From IMG/VR virus record IMGVR_UViG_3300047400_000088, positions 1 through 36,717 of that record: a DNA stretch of 36,717 bases. The stretch is one strand, 5' to 3'. Below the pieces are notes generated by a model that made no database searches, had not been told where the DNA came from, and saw nothing but the letters and a program-made list of their open reading frames with translations. Shown one piece after another: positions 18,543 to 26,296 of the stretch. This DNA comes from a virus (Duplodnaviria > Caudoviricetes). The position numbers were made by a program, and so were the translations under genes. How positions within the stretch are numbered: position 1 is the stretch's first letter; the number at the start of each line of letters is the position of its first letter.

Positions 18543-18601
18543 CCGAAACGTGCGCTGCTCCCTGAAAAGGTAATGTCCTTATACCGGCGCACGTCTTAAC
18601 C
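18519..18601 (+). ncRNA. Hammerhead ribozyme (type I topology)
   Basis: CUGAUGA core at 18525-18531; stem II GGCU/AGCC; GAAA at 18545-18548; 10-bp stem III (18548-18557 with 18585-18594); GUC cleavage triplet at 18593-18595; stem I GGUUCA/UUAACC with one mismatch. Confidence 0.85.
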
Positions 18602-18632
18602 ACAAACCACTATCATTAAAAACTGTTCACAA

Positions 18633-18710
18633 ATGAATACTTACCGAAAGTATTGCCCTAATGTGTATTGTGCCCAATGCACGGAAAAACACGAATTGTC
18701 CATGAAATGA
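18633..18710 (+). pseudogene. 25-aa ORF resembling the N-terminus of Bacteroidota DUF3560-type proteins (truncated remnant)
   Basis: MNTYRKYCPNVYCAQCTEKHE then an early stop; resemblance recalled from memory, not searched. Confidence 0.4.
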
Positions 18711-19060
18711 CAACCATTAACATGAGTAGATTACAAGTTAAGTACGAATGGTGCTACGAAACCATTGATGAGCATGGCGACATCATTGACAATGATTTTG
18801 CAGACAAACTCGCTGATCTTATACCTCCACAAGAAATACATCAACTATGTTTAGTGCGCAGCGAAGGCGATGAAATTGACGGAGTGCAAGATCGATGGTG
18901 GGCCTATGTTGAAGTCGGTAAATTGCCGGATAATTTTTCCGATGAAATGGGAGTGCTGACTGATATTGCCGTTCCGAAGAAGTTGAAGGATGAGTTCAAA
19001 AAAAAGTATAATGAGCACCCAAGAATCAAAGCGCGATGCGAACATGAAAGCGAAAACTAA
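18707..19060 (+). CDS. Early hypothetical acidic protein
   Basis: ATGA-coupled start at 18707 (alternative 18722); 'YEW..E..DEHGDIID..F' motif. Confidence 0.65.
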   Translation: MTTINMSRLQVKYEWCYETIDEHGDIIDNDFADKLADLIPPQEIHQLCLVRSEGDEIDGVQDRWWAYVEVGKLPDNFSDEMGVLTDIAVPKKLKDEFKKKYNEHPRIKARCEHESEN

Positions 19061-19226
19061 GCGCAAGTCCGGCAGCGGCGGTAAGCGACCAGGAGCAGGC
19101 CGACCAAAAAAAGAAGCAACCAAGCGTATTACCATTCCTAAACGACTGGTACCAGAGGTGATTACCTTTATTGCTTCGTTCAATCCAGTTTTCAATAAAA
19201 AAAATAACAATATGAATATCAAATGA
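19044..19226 (+). CDS. Small DNA-binding protein (GGxRxGAGRP plus ribbon-helix-like)
   Basis: 'GGKRPGAGRPKKEATKRITIP' motif. Confidence 0.65.
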   Translation: MKAKTKRKSGSGGKRPGAGRPKKEATKRITIPKRLVPEVITFIASFNPVFNKKNNNMNIK

Positions 19227-19259
19227 TTGTATTGTATCTGTGTAAATATATTACTTTTG
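19227..19259 (+). promoter_or_regulatory. Putative Bacteroidota promoter
   Basis: -7 TACTTTTG at 19252-19259 with upstream TTG in an AT-rich gap. Confidence 0.55.
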
Positions 19260-19297
19260 TATATACAGAATCAACATTTACATTATACATTAGCACC

Positions 19298-19528
19298 ATG
19301 CAAGAACAAAGAACAAGATTAAGCCCAAAGATTGTGTCAATGCTACGAACCAAACACGGCGTTAGATGCAGGATGCGAATAGCGTTAAATCTACGCGTAA
19401 GTGATCAGACTGTGTATAAGTGGCTTAACAGCCCTGAACTTGATATAAGGCTTACTACCCCTGATGTGCTTCATGTAATTACTGATGAATTAAAAATCCC
19501 CAGTACAGAACTTCTTGTTGTATCTTAA
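19298..19528 (+). CDS. Cro-like HTH regulator
   Basis: 'RIALNLRVSDQTVYKWL' helix-turn-helix; start reassigned to ATG 19298. Confidence 0.65.
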   Translation: MQEQRTRLSPKIVSMLRTKHGVRCRMRIALNLRVSDQTVYKWLNSPELDIRLTTPDVLHVITDELKIPSTELLVVS

Positions 19529-19559
19529 AAAAAAAGGGCGAGTCACAACACCCGCCCTT
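19527..19559 (-). terminator. Hairpin with minus-strand U-tract (terminator-like)
   Basis: A9 followed by GGGCG...CGCCC stem; U-tract only on the minus strand. Confidence 0.45.
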
Positions 19560-19575
19560 AAAAAAACCAAAAGCG

Positions 19576-19836
19576 ATGCAAAAATACAAAGAATTATCTG
19601 AATTTGCAAAATCGCGCCTACGAGCCGACTTCGCAAACGCTAATGATGCCGATGAACAGGTCGCGGTAATCGAACAGGCAATGGCCCTGGGCCTGCCAGA
19701 ATTGGTGGCTGAATTAGAGGACGATCTCAACGAGAACGATCCGGAACTATACCGGCATTGGTTGCTGATGAAAGAACAGCAGCGCAATGAACATGCTGCT
19801 AATGCATATCATGATGAACTATACCAAAACCTGTGA
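19576..19836 (+). CDS. Hypothetical protein
   Basis: 86 aa acidic helical ORF with A-rich leader. Confidence 0.6.
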   Translation: MQKYKELSEFAKSRLRADFANANDADEQVAVIEQAMALGLPELVAELEDDLNENDPELYRHWLLMKEQQRNEHAANAYHDELYQNL

Positions 19837-19839
19837 GTC

Positions 19840-20136
19840 ATGACAGCAATAGATATTCAAATGGAACGCGCACAGCATGAAAAAGTGCAGCAAATCCTTG
19901 ACCTTATCGAACAGAATAATGCGCGAGAGGAATCGGTGGCCAATGAAGTAGCGTTGTGGGATATCACCCTCGATTGTCTACGTGCAAATCTTTGGCGTAA
20001 GCACGGTTGCTTCATGTTTGAAAGCATAGCCGAAAAGCGCGAGCGACTTGATAAGTACCGCGCAATCAGTAAACGCCTTGCTAGTTACTACAATGCCGAG
20101 AGGGCAAAACTCAACCGCATAAATCACAACTTATGA
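19840..20136 (+). CDS. Hypothetical protein
   Basis: 98 aa helical ORF, tightly packed. Confidence 0.6.
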   Translation: MTAIDIQMERAQHEKVQQILDLIEQNNAREESVANEVALWDITLDCLRANLWRKHGCFMFESIAEKRERLDKYRAISKRLASYYNAERAKLNRINHNL

Positions 20137-20258
20137 AGATATCGCACTACATCCTTCAACTTCGCGCCATTGCTTCGGAGCAATGCCTGAAGTTGAACCG
20201 GGCAGACCACTTCAGATACTGCCTTGCACTACTCAAACGTGGACAACAACTAAACTAA
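20133..20258 (+). CDS. Small hypothetical protein (41 aa)
   Basis: ATGA-coupled; fills the gap before the SSAP gene. Confidence 0.4.
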   Translation: MKISHYILQLRAIASEQCLKLNRADHFRYCLALLKRGQQLN

Positions 20259-20262
20259 ACCT

Positions 20263-20859
20263 ATGACCGAAATCGCAAAACAACCGGCGCAACAACGAGT
20301 ATTGCCAGCCATTGCCGACCTCTATCAAGATGTTGAGGCTGCGGCGAAGAATAATGAGCTGAACATTTTACTCAATCAGGAGCCGCCGGCCTCGTGGGTG
20401 AAGGAAAACAAATTCGCCAACAACACGCGATACATCCCCATTGAAAAGGTCGAGTATCTGCTCACGAGCATCTTCATCCAATGGCGAGTAGAGATAAAGC
20501 AGACGCAGGTGATCGCTAACAGCGTGGCCGTATGTGTGCGCCTGCACGTCCTGAACCCGGTTACCGGCGAGTGGGATTGGCAGGATGGCGTAGGGGCCTC
20601 CCCGATCCAAACCGATGCAGGGGCCTCGGCTACCGACTTCTCGAAGGTGAAGGCAGCGGCCGTGCAAATGGCATACCCCGCTGCCGAGAGCTATGCGGTG
20701 AAGGATGCTGCAGAGAAGTTGGGTAAGCTGTTCGGAAAAGACCTGAACCGCCGCGACGTGGTGGATATCACGCCGAAGTTGGAGAAGACACGCGAGGCTC
20801 TCGAAGGCCGCCTGAAAGAACTGAAAGCCATCACCACAAAACAAACTGCCAATGCCTGA
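20263..20859 (+). CDS. Single-strand annealing protein (Rad52/Sak-like)
   Basis: 'YIPIEKVEYLL..IF..W', 'QDGVGA', 'A.S.A.KDAA..LG..FG.DL' motifs; paired with an exonuclease. Confidence 0.75.
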   Translation: MTEIAKQPAQQRVLPAIADLYQDVEAAAKNNELNILLNQEPPASWVKENKFANNTRYIPIEKVEYLLTSIFIQWRVEIKQTQVIANSVAVCVRLHVLNPVTGEWDWQDGVGASPIQTDAGASATDFSKVKAAAVQMAYPAAESYAVKDAAEKLGKLFGKDLNRRDVVDITPKLEKTREALEGRLKELKAITTKQTANA

Positions 20860-21535
20860 ACTATTCCAAGCACACGCCGACTGGCTGCAAGAGCGCACCG
20901 GGCGCATCACCGCCTCCGATGTTCACAAGATCATGGGTCGAGGTAGAGCCAAAGACAAGTACTTTAGCGATCAGGGAGAAACGTACTTGCGTTGTAAGAT
21001 TGGCGAACTGCTTACCGGCGAGATCGAGAACGGAGGACGCGCGAACACGCTGTCAATGGAGTGGGGCGCAAGCCACGAACATGAAGCCATTGCCCGGTTC
21101 GAGAAGGAAACTGGCCGCGCCGTGCAGGAATACTTCGGCGTTACCAACCCCAAGTTCTTCGCGCTCGACCTGTTCAGCGGCGGCTCCCCGGACGCGCTCA
21201 CCGATACCCATGTCATTGAGATTAAATGTCCGTTTAACAGGGGCGAACACGTCCGGCACCTTGAGGACGTATACGATACAGAATCGCTGAAGCAGATCGC
21301 ACCGGAGTATTACTGGCAGATACAAATGAACCTGCTGGCCTGTGAGCGCAATGCCGCTTACTTCATCAGCTATGATCCGCGCGTGATCTACCATAAGCTG
21401 CAATTCCTCTGCATCGAGATTGACCGGGTGCACGAAGACATTGCATTGCTGGAAGAACGCCTGATGGAGGCGAAGAAATACATGAACAGCCGCATCGAGG
21501 TGCTTCGAGAGAACTTTCAAACAGAACAAGCATGA
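20852..21535 (+). CDS. YqaJ/lambda-exonuclease family 5'-3' exonuclease
   Basis: 'W..ER.G.ITAS', 'WG..HE..A', 'GGSPD', 'IEIKCP', 'YYWQIQ' motifs. Confidence 0.9.
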   Translation: MPELFQAHADWLQERTGRITASDVHKIMGRGRAKDKYFSDQGETYLRCKIGELLTGEIENGGRANTLSMEWGASHEHEAIARFEKETGRAVQEYFGVTNPKFFALDLFSGGSPDALTDTHVIEIKCPFNRGEHVRHLEDVYDTESLKQIAPEYYWQIQMNLLACERNAAYFISYDPRVIYHKLQFLCIEIDRVHEDIALLEERLMEAKKYMNSRIEVLRENFQTEQA

Positions 21536-21651
21536 CCGCAAACAACCTCTTCGCCATCGCCTGCGCATACATGGCGCTGTGCGCGGTGATAATCGGCTTC
21601 ACCGCCATAGCCCATAACGCACACCGCAAAAACCGCCACTATGAAGATTGA
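21532..21651 (+). CDS. Small membrane protein (39 aa)
   Basis: ATGA-coupled; one hydrophobic helix followed by a basic tail. Confidence 0.45.
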   Translation: MTANNLFAIACAYMALCAVIIGFTAIAHNAHRKNRHYED

Positions 21652-21784
21652 GCACTTGCGCTACCTACTCATGGTGAAGCGCGACACCCTTCATTGCATG
21701 ATTCATCGCGGATCCGATGTAACACAGGTGCGCCGCGATATCCGATTCCTCGAAAACGAAATCAAAAAACTAATCCAATGCTGA
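21641..21784 (+). CDS. Small hypothetical protein (47 aa)
   Basis: MKIEHLRYLL...; fills the gap and overlaps both neighbours. Confidence 0.4.
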   Translation: MKIEHLRYLLMVKRDTLHCMIHRGSDVTQVRRDIRFLENEIKKLIQC

Positions 21785-22176
21785 CAACAGAAATACCACA
21801 AAGACAGACCAGCGAGATACTTGCGCACGTGGCCATGCACGCCGCCCTTTATCCTGCGGTTGCCTCAACAGAAGAAATCGAAACGGCAATAACCATAGCC
21901 GCCAACGAGCTTTCCGTGGACTACGAAGACGTTATCGGTAAGCGCAGGTTTCGCGATATCACCACCGCCCGCCAATATTCGGTTGCCCTTGTTCTAACGT
22001 ACTTCCCTGGAACAACACTAAGCGCAATAGGCGAGGTTATGGGTGGGCGTGACCATAGTACCATCATTAACCAACGTCAGCAGTTCTATGACCTTTTTAT
22101 AACGGAAGAGAAATACCGGACTGCATACGAATCAATCGTTCCCATTTTCCTTTCAGCAATAAGACCAAAGTCATGA
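21778..22176 (+). CDS. DnaA C-terminal (domain IV)-like HTH protein
   Basis: 'KRR.R.ITTARQ....L......TLSAIG...GGRDHSTII' motif. Confidence 0.85.
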   Translation: MLTTEIPQRQTSEILAHVAMHAALYPAVASTEEIETAITIAANELSVDYEDVIGKRRFRDITTARQYSVALVLTYFPGTTLSAIGEVMGGRDHSTIINQRQQFYDLFITEEKYRTAYESIVPIFLSAIRPKS

Positions 22177-22472
22177 ATGCGATCCAAGGAGTTATTGACT
22201 GGACTACTGTTGTCCATACAAGTGAGAACAACGCGGCCAGCGAGGCGCACCTTGAGGCTAACCGCTTCAAGTTCACCGGGCAATGCGCAGTGGTATTCAG
22301 CCTACTTCAAAAGGGTAAGCGCCTGACCTGTAAGAGTGCAATGAATGATTACGGTATTGGGCATCTGCCGCGCCGTATCGCAGACCTGAAGGCTGCCGGC
22401 ATGAACATCCTAGATCACTGGCTTACGGATAACGAAGGCAAGAAAATATGCAAGGAATATTTTATCGCATGA
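22173..22472 (+). CDS. Winged-HTH protein (HTH_39-like)
   Basis: 'L..GKRLT...A...YGI..L..RIADL...G..I' pattern. Confidence 0.7.
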   Translation: MNAIQGVIDWTTVVHTSENNAASEAHLEANRFKFTGQCAVVFSLLQKGKRLTCKSAMNDYGIGHLPRRIADLKAAGMNILDHWLTDNEGKKICKEYFIA

Positions 22473-22690
22473 AGATCCTCATCCTTTCCCTACTGTTACC
22501 GATCCCCGCCGGAGATAACCAGGTGCCGGTTAAGTTGCCCGATACCCGGCAGACTTACCTGATGCGCCTAAACAATGAAGCCGATAGTTTGTGCGCCGAA
22601 CACTTAAAACGTGGAGCCAATAACAGCGCACAGTTCTTCCATGTAATTAACAGAATTGATTCAATGATAAGCATCATACATCATGACTAA
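22469..22690 (+). CDS. Hypothetical protein with signal-peptide-like N-terminus
   Basis: MKILILSLLLPIPAG; ATGA-coupled. Confidence 0.45.
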   Translation: MKILILSLLLPIPAGDNQVPVKLPDTRQTYLMRLNNEADSLCAEHLKRGANNSAQFFHVINRIDSMISIIHHD

Positions 22691-22949
22691 AAAGCATCTT
22701 AAATACATCGGCGCAATGTCAGGTTTCCGCTGTTATATAAACAGCGAGGGGTTTATCGAGGGATACAAATCCACGGGGAAACCTCCGTTAAATAACGTCG
22801 GTCGCGCCCTAGACAAATACAAGCGCATTGAGCGAGTTGTCTCGAATTGTCGCGACACTCTTTCGTTCGCAGAATTTGTCGAAGGAAGAAAACCAAAAAG
22901 ACTAAATGAAGAAAAATACACAAACCAAGAGCTTCCTATTTCATTTTAA
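22683..22949 (+). CDS. Hypothetical protein
   Basis: 88 aa basic ORF in the operon. Confidence 0.55.
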   Translation: MTKKHLKYIGAMSGFRCYINSEGFIEGYKSTGKPPLNNVGRALDKYKRIERVVSNCRDTLSFAEFVEGRKPKRLNEEKYTNQELPISF

Positions 22950-22960
22950 CGAAGATCACC

Positions 22961-23350
22961 ATGCCAATTAAACTTAAACAAACCGAATCGAACCTCCAGC
23001 AGCAATGCGTGAAGTGGTTCAGGCTTCAGCCGGAGTTCCGCAACTACGACGGCAACGACCTGACCGGCCATCTATTCAGCATCCCAAATGGCGGCAAGCG
23101 CAGCGCAGTTACCGGGGCAATAATGAAGCGCGAAGGGGCGCGGGCTGGTGTGGCTGACCTGTTCCTGATGAAGCAGACCGACTATTACGCCGGTCTATTC
23201 ATCGAATTGAAGGTAGGAAAGAACAAGCAACAGGATACGCAGATTGAGTTTGAAATTGACTGCAAATGGGCAGGATACAAATACGCCGTCTGCCGCTCGC
23301 TGGATGAGTTCATCGCCACCATAACCGATTACCTGAACGATAAACCATAA
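22961..23350 (+). CDS. VRR-NUC family nuclease (putative resolvase)
   Basis: 'E..LQ..CV.WF', 'IPNGG.R', 'G...GVADL', 'LFIELK...Q' motifs. Confidence 0.9.
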   Translation: MPIKLKQTESNLQQQCVKWFRLQPEFRNYDGNDLTGHLFSIPNGGKRSAVTGAIMKREGARAGVADLFLMKQTDYYAGLFIELKVGKNKQQDTQIEFEIDCKWAGYKYAVCRSLDEFIATITDYLNDKP

Positions 23351-24147
23351 TGGCAAAAGAGGATTTCTGCTTCACGTATTACGATGGCGATGCCGCCCGC
23401 GATATGAGCCACATGACAAGGCTACAACGGGGTGCATACGGTGACATCATCAGCGCAATACGTAAGTTCGGGCATATTTCACTTGATCAGGCGCGCATGA
23501 TCTTGAGCCGCGATTTTGACGAATGTTGGCCGGCCATTCAACTTGTTTTGAAGTCCGACGGGGCCGGAAAATTTTACATCGAATGGCTTGAAAATTCGCT
23601 AAACGCAATGCGACGGTCTTCCGCCAAGCAACGCGAGCGCAGGAACTCTTTTCTTGCAAAAAATCAAAATAATTCAACCGCGGTTGAACCACGGTTAAAC
23701 CACGGTAGTCCACCGGTACAACCTATAATAAAGATGGAGATGGAAATGGAAATGAAAAAGGATTTTGAACTTAAAGGGGGTATGGGGGAAAACAAAGACT
23801 TCGTGGACTTCGAAATTTTAACCGAAGAAATTTTGAAGGGCAACGACCCGCAATGGGAGGTGCTACTGATGAGCGACAGAGATGGCGCAATCAGCTACGA
23901 TGCGGATGGGGTGCGCGGCCATGAAGCGAAATGCATTCGGGATAAATCCGAGTTCCGCACAGCGCAGCACTTCCGAAAGTCGCTCTATGCCTATCTGAAA
24001 ACCATATACAAACGCAAATCAGAAAATCAACAAAATGGAAACTTCAATCGCAAAACAGCAGGAAAGAACCAGCTCACCGTTGCCGGTGCAGCAGACTTCC
24101 TTCGCGGCCTCTCTGACACGCCGCCCGGAACTGCAGCAGGTTCATAA
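23350..24147 (+). CDS. Replication initiator (DUF1376/YdaU-like N-terminus)
   Basis: 'F.YY.GD...D..HMT..QRGAY' N-terminus; internal iteron-like repeats; 'MEMEME' linker. Confidence 0.75.
   Translation: MAKEDFCFTYYDGDAARDMSHMTRLQRGAYGDIISAIRKFGHISLDQARMILSRDFDECWPAIQLVLKSDGAGKFYIEWLENSLNAMRRSSAKQRERRNSFLAKNQNNSTAVEPRLNHGSPPVQPIIKMEMEMEMKKDFELKGGMGENKDFVDFEILTEEILKGNDPQWEVLLMSDRDGAISYDADGVRGHEAKCIRDKSEFRTAQHFRKSLYAYLKTIYKRKSENQQNGNFNRKTAGKNQLTVAGAADFLRGLSDTPPGTAAGS
23676..23719. repeat. Iteron-like 11-bp tandem near-palindromes (putative replication origin)
   Basis: AACCGCGGTTG / AACCACGGTTA / AACCACGGTAG plus a degenerate fourth unit, flanked by A-rich tracts, inside the initiator gene. Confidence 0.6.
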
Positions 24148-24859
24148 CGCGATGCAGTCGCCGCTGGTGAAGGACAGTACGGATCGGGAGTTGGGTCAGG
24201 CGCTGGTGCAGATCGCCTTCCTGACTGGATCGGCCGCGCCTTCGCAGGATATCGCCCTGCCGCTGGTTGCCTTCATCCGCAAGACCTTCCCGCTAATCCG
24301 GGCCGGGGAGCTCGCTTTGGCCGTTGAGATGGATATTGCCGGCAGGTTCGGTGAGGCCCGTGAGCCGTTCAACAACATCAGCCCAAAGTACCTGCAAGCG
24401 GTGATGCAGCGATACGAGGCAAGCATTCGCCAGGACTACTGGAAGGAGTGGCAGGCAAATAACAATACCATTAAGGAGCCAACGCTGGAAGAGAAGGAAG
24501 AAGGCAACCGTAAGTGGGTTGCCAGGTTGAAGGAAGAAATAAATGCATGTATTGAAGATGGCAGAACGCCTCGATGGATAACCGAGTGTTATCGCTATTT
24601 GGTTAAGAACGGATTGATTGCGCTGAAGAAAGAAGATACAGCACCGCTGTGGGAGCGAGCCAAAGAGGCGCGTAGGGTTGAACTGAAGCAGAAGCTATCG
24701 AGTGGTGCCGCCTTCGCAGAGATCGCGCACATTAAAAACACACTCGCAAGGTACGATGAGGGTCACGTTGGTGATTTTGACCGCTATGCACTTTCGTTCA
24801 AAGCGAAGGAGTTAGCCGTAATGGATTGGATTACATCACGGAATGGGGAGGTGATATGA
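24035..24859 (+). CDS. Putative helicase loader / replication accessory protein
   Basis: Follows the initiator in the lambda O-P position; helical, 274 aa. Confidence 0.45.
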   Translation: METSIAKQQERTSSPLPVQQTSFAASLTRRPELQQVHNAMQSPLVKDSTDRELGQALVQIAFLTGSAAPSQDIALPLVAFIRKTFPLIRAGELALAVEMDIAGRFGEAREPFNNISPKYLQAVMQRYEASIRQDYWKEWQANNNTIKEPTLEEKEEGNRKWVARLKEEINACIEDGRTPRWITECYRYLVKNGLIALKKEDTAPLWERAKEARRVELKQKLSSGAAFAEIAHIKNTLARYDEGHVGDFDRYALSFKAKELAVMDWITSRNGEVI

Positions 24860-24887
24860 CCATAGGTGACAAAAAATCTATTTAACT

Positions 24888-24962
24888 ATCAATGAGTTAT
24901 GAAGACTTTGAAAAATAGTTGTAAATATATTTGTATTATATCAAATACTTGGTGTATATTTG
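24888..24962 (+). promoter_or_regulatory. Bacteroidota promoter driving the modification island
   Basis: TTTG at 24930-24933, 21-nt spacer, TATATTTG at 24955-24962; shares upstream boxes with the promoter at 18122. Confidence 0.8.
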
Positions 24963-24994
24963 TTGCATAAATCAAAAAAAGTGAAATTGATTCG

Positions 24995-25177
24995 ATGAAA
25001 AAAGCAAAGAACATACACCTAACGGAAGAAGCGATAAAAGCACTTACTATTAAGGCAATAGAACACGGTTCTAATTTTAAGAACTACGTAGAAAGTAAGT
25101 TAGAAGCACTCGCCCAAGTATCTTACGGCTTTGCCGAAAAGAGGAAGAAAAAAAACACAATTAAAAATAAAATTTGA
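24995..25177 (+). CDS. Ribbon-helix-helix regulator
   Basis: 'KNIHLTEEAIKALTIKAIE.G.NFKNYVE..LE' pattern. Confidence 0.75.
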   Translation: MKKAKNIHLTEEAIKALTIKAIEHGSNFKNYVESKLEALAQVSYGFAEKRKKKNTIKNKI

Positions 25178-25181
25178 CTTT

Positions 25182-25442
25182 ATGAATATATTGCAACGAG
25201 CCGATAGCATAGTTAATGCTAGACTAGAGGAAAATCATAGGAATTACGGTGATTTCAACGAATCAATGCAAAGGATGGCTAATATTTTTAATGCATTGAC
25301 CGGCCATAACTTGTCTGTAAAGGATATGTTTATCGCGATGGTTGCTTTGAAATTTTCGCGCGAGTCATTTTCACACAAAGAAGATAATTTGCTGGACGCT
25401 GTAGCATATATCGGTGCACTAAATAACTACTTAAATTCATGA
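25182..25442 (+). CDS. DUF6378-like helical protein
   Basis: 'IL..A..IVN.R......YG......RMA...MVALK.SR....K.DN..D..AY' pattern; start reassigned to ATG 25182. Confidence 0.7.
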   Translation: MNILQRADSIVNARLEENHRNYGDFNESMQRMANIFNALTGHNLSVKDMFIAMVALKFSRESFSHKEDNLLDAVAYIGALNNYLNS

Positions 25443-26296
25443 AGACAGGTATCGTTGGGGTTATCAATAATCCGGCAACATCTATTAATTCACATTCAGC
25501 GGGAATGGTGAATATCGTCTCTAAGTTGTTTAATGCCGACGTCTTGACTGAGAACGATAATTGGGATGAATACGAAAGACTCATCATCTACCATGGCGTA
25601 AATTTTGTGCGAGGATCGTATAATATTATCGGCGGGATGAATGATAAGATTATTTGCCGAGCAGGTAAAGTTGCAAAATTTAATGGGCATCTATATTCAT
25701 TAGATGGTTTTCAATTAAATGATTTTTCGAACAAAAGAAAATTAAAACTATATGATAATCATGCGACTATTGCCGAGATAGAACTCCCGCATAGAGATAA
25801 ACTACTAATTGGAGATAGTCATTCCGTGTCGGTCTGGAGGGATATTTCTTTCACCATACAAAGAATGGATGGAAAAACATTGTATGGTTTTTTGAAGAAC
25901 CCTATTGTTGCTGATTATTATTACTTTGGCAACATTGATGTTAGGTTTCATTTAGCGCGCCAAGTTGATCCTATTGATGCAACCAAAGATCTTGTAAAAA
26001 GATACATTGCACATGCTAAAATAAACAACGCGACTGTGACATGTTTGCTTCCGGTTGAAAATGAGGATCGCAAAATACCTTCGACTGGATTGTATAAGAA
26101 AAAACCATTTTATGGGTCAAGAGAACTACGTTCTAGGTTAGTTGAGGTGTTTAACAGTGAACTCCTTAGCTCTGGATTGGTTGTTCATCAATGGCCAATA
26201 AGATGGTATGATGATATAAGTTATTATCAATCAGAGGTGATGGAACCAAAACAGTCGGTGCATATCAGGCCAAAATATTACGCTAACAATATATAG
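25439..26296 (+). CDS. Hybrid protein: T4 beta-glucosyltransferase-like N-domain plus SGNH-like domain (putative acyltransferase/esterase)
   Basis: N-terminus MKTGIVGVINN...EYERLII..N....NIIGG; C-terminal half IGDSHS, FGNID, SVH. Confidence 0.5.
   Translation: MKTGIVGVINNPATSINSHSAGMVNIVSKLFNADVLTENDNWDEYERLIIYHGVNFVRGSYNIIGGMNDKIICRAGKVAKFNGHLYSLDGFQLNDFSNKRKLKLYDNHATIAEIELPHRDKLLIGDSHSVSVWRDISFTIQRMDGKTLYGFLKNPIVADYYYFGNIDVRFHLARQVDPIDATKDLVKRYIAHAKINNATVTCLLPVENEDRKIPSTGLYKKKPFYGSRELRSRLVEVFNSELLSSGLVVHQWPIRWYDDISYYQSEVMEPKQSVHIRPKYYANNI

Noticed and set aside
21778-22176. Annotation as dnaA
   Set aside because: Only the C-terminal DNA-binding domain is present; no AAA+ domain
23860-23900. 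Second CUGAUGA hammerhead-like core
   Set aside because: Inside a CDS and lacks a following GAAA and stem III
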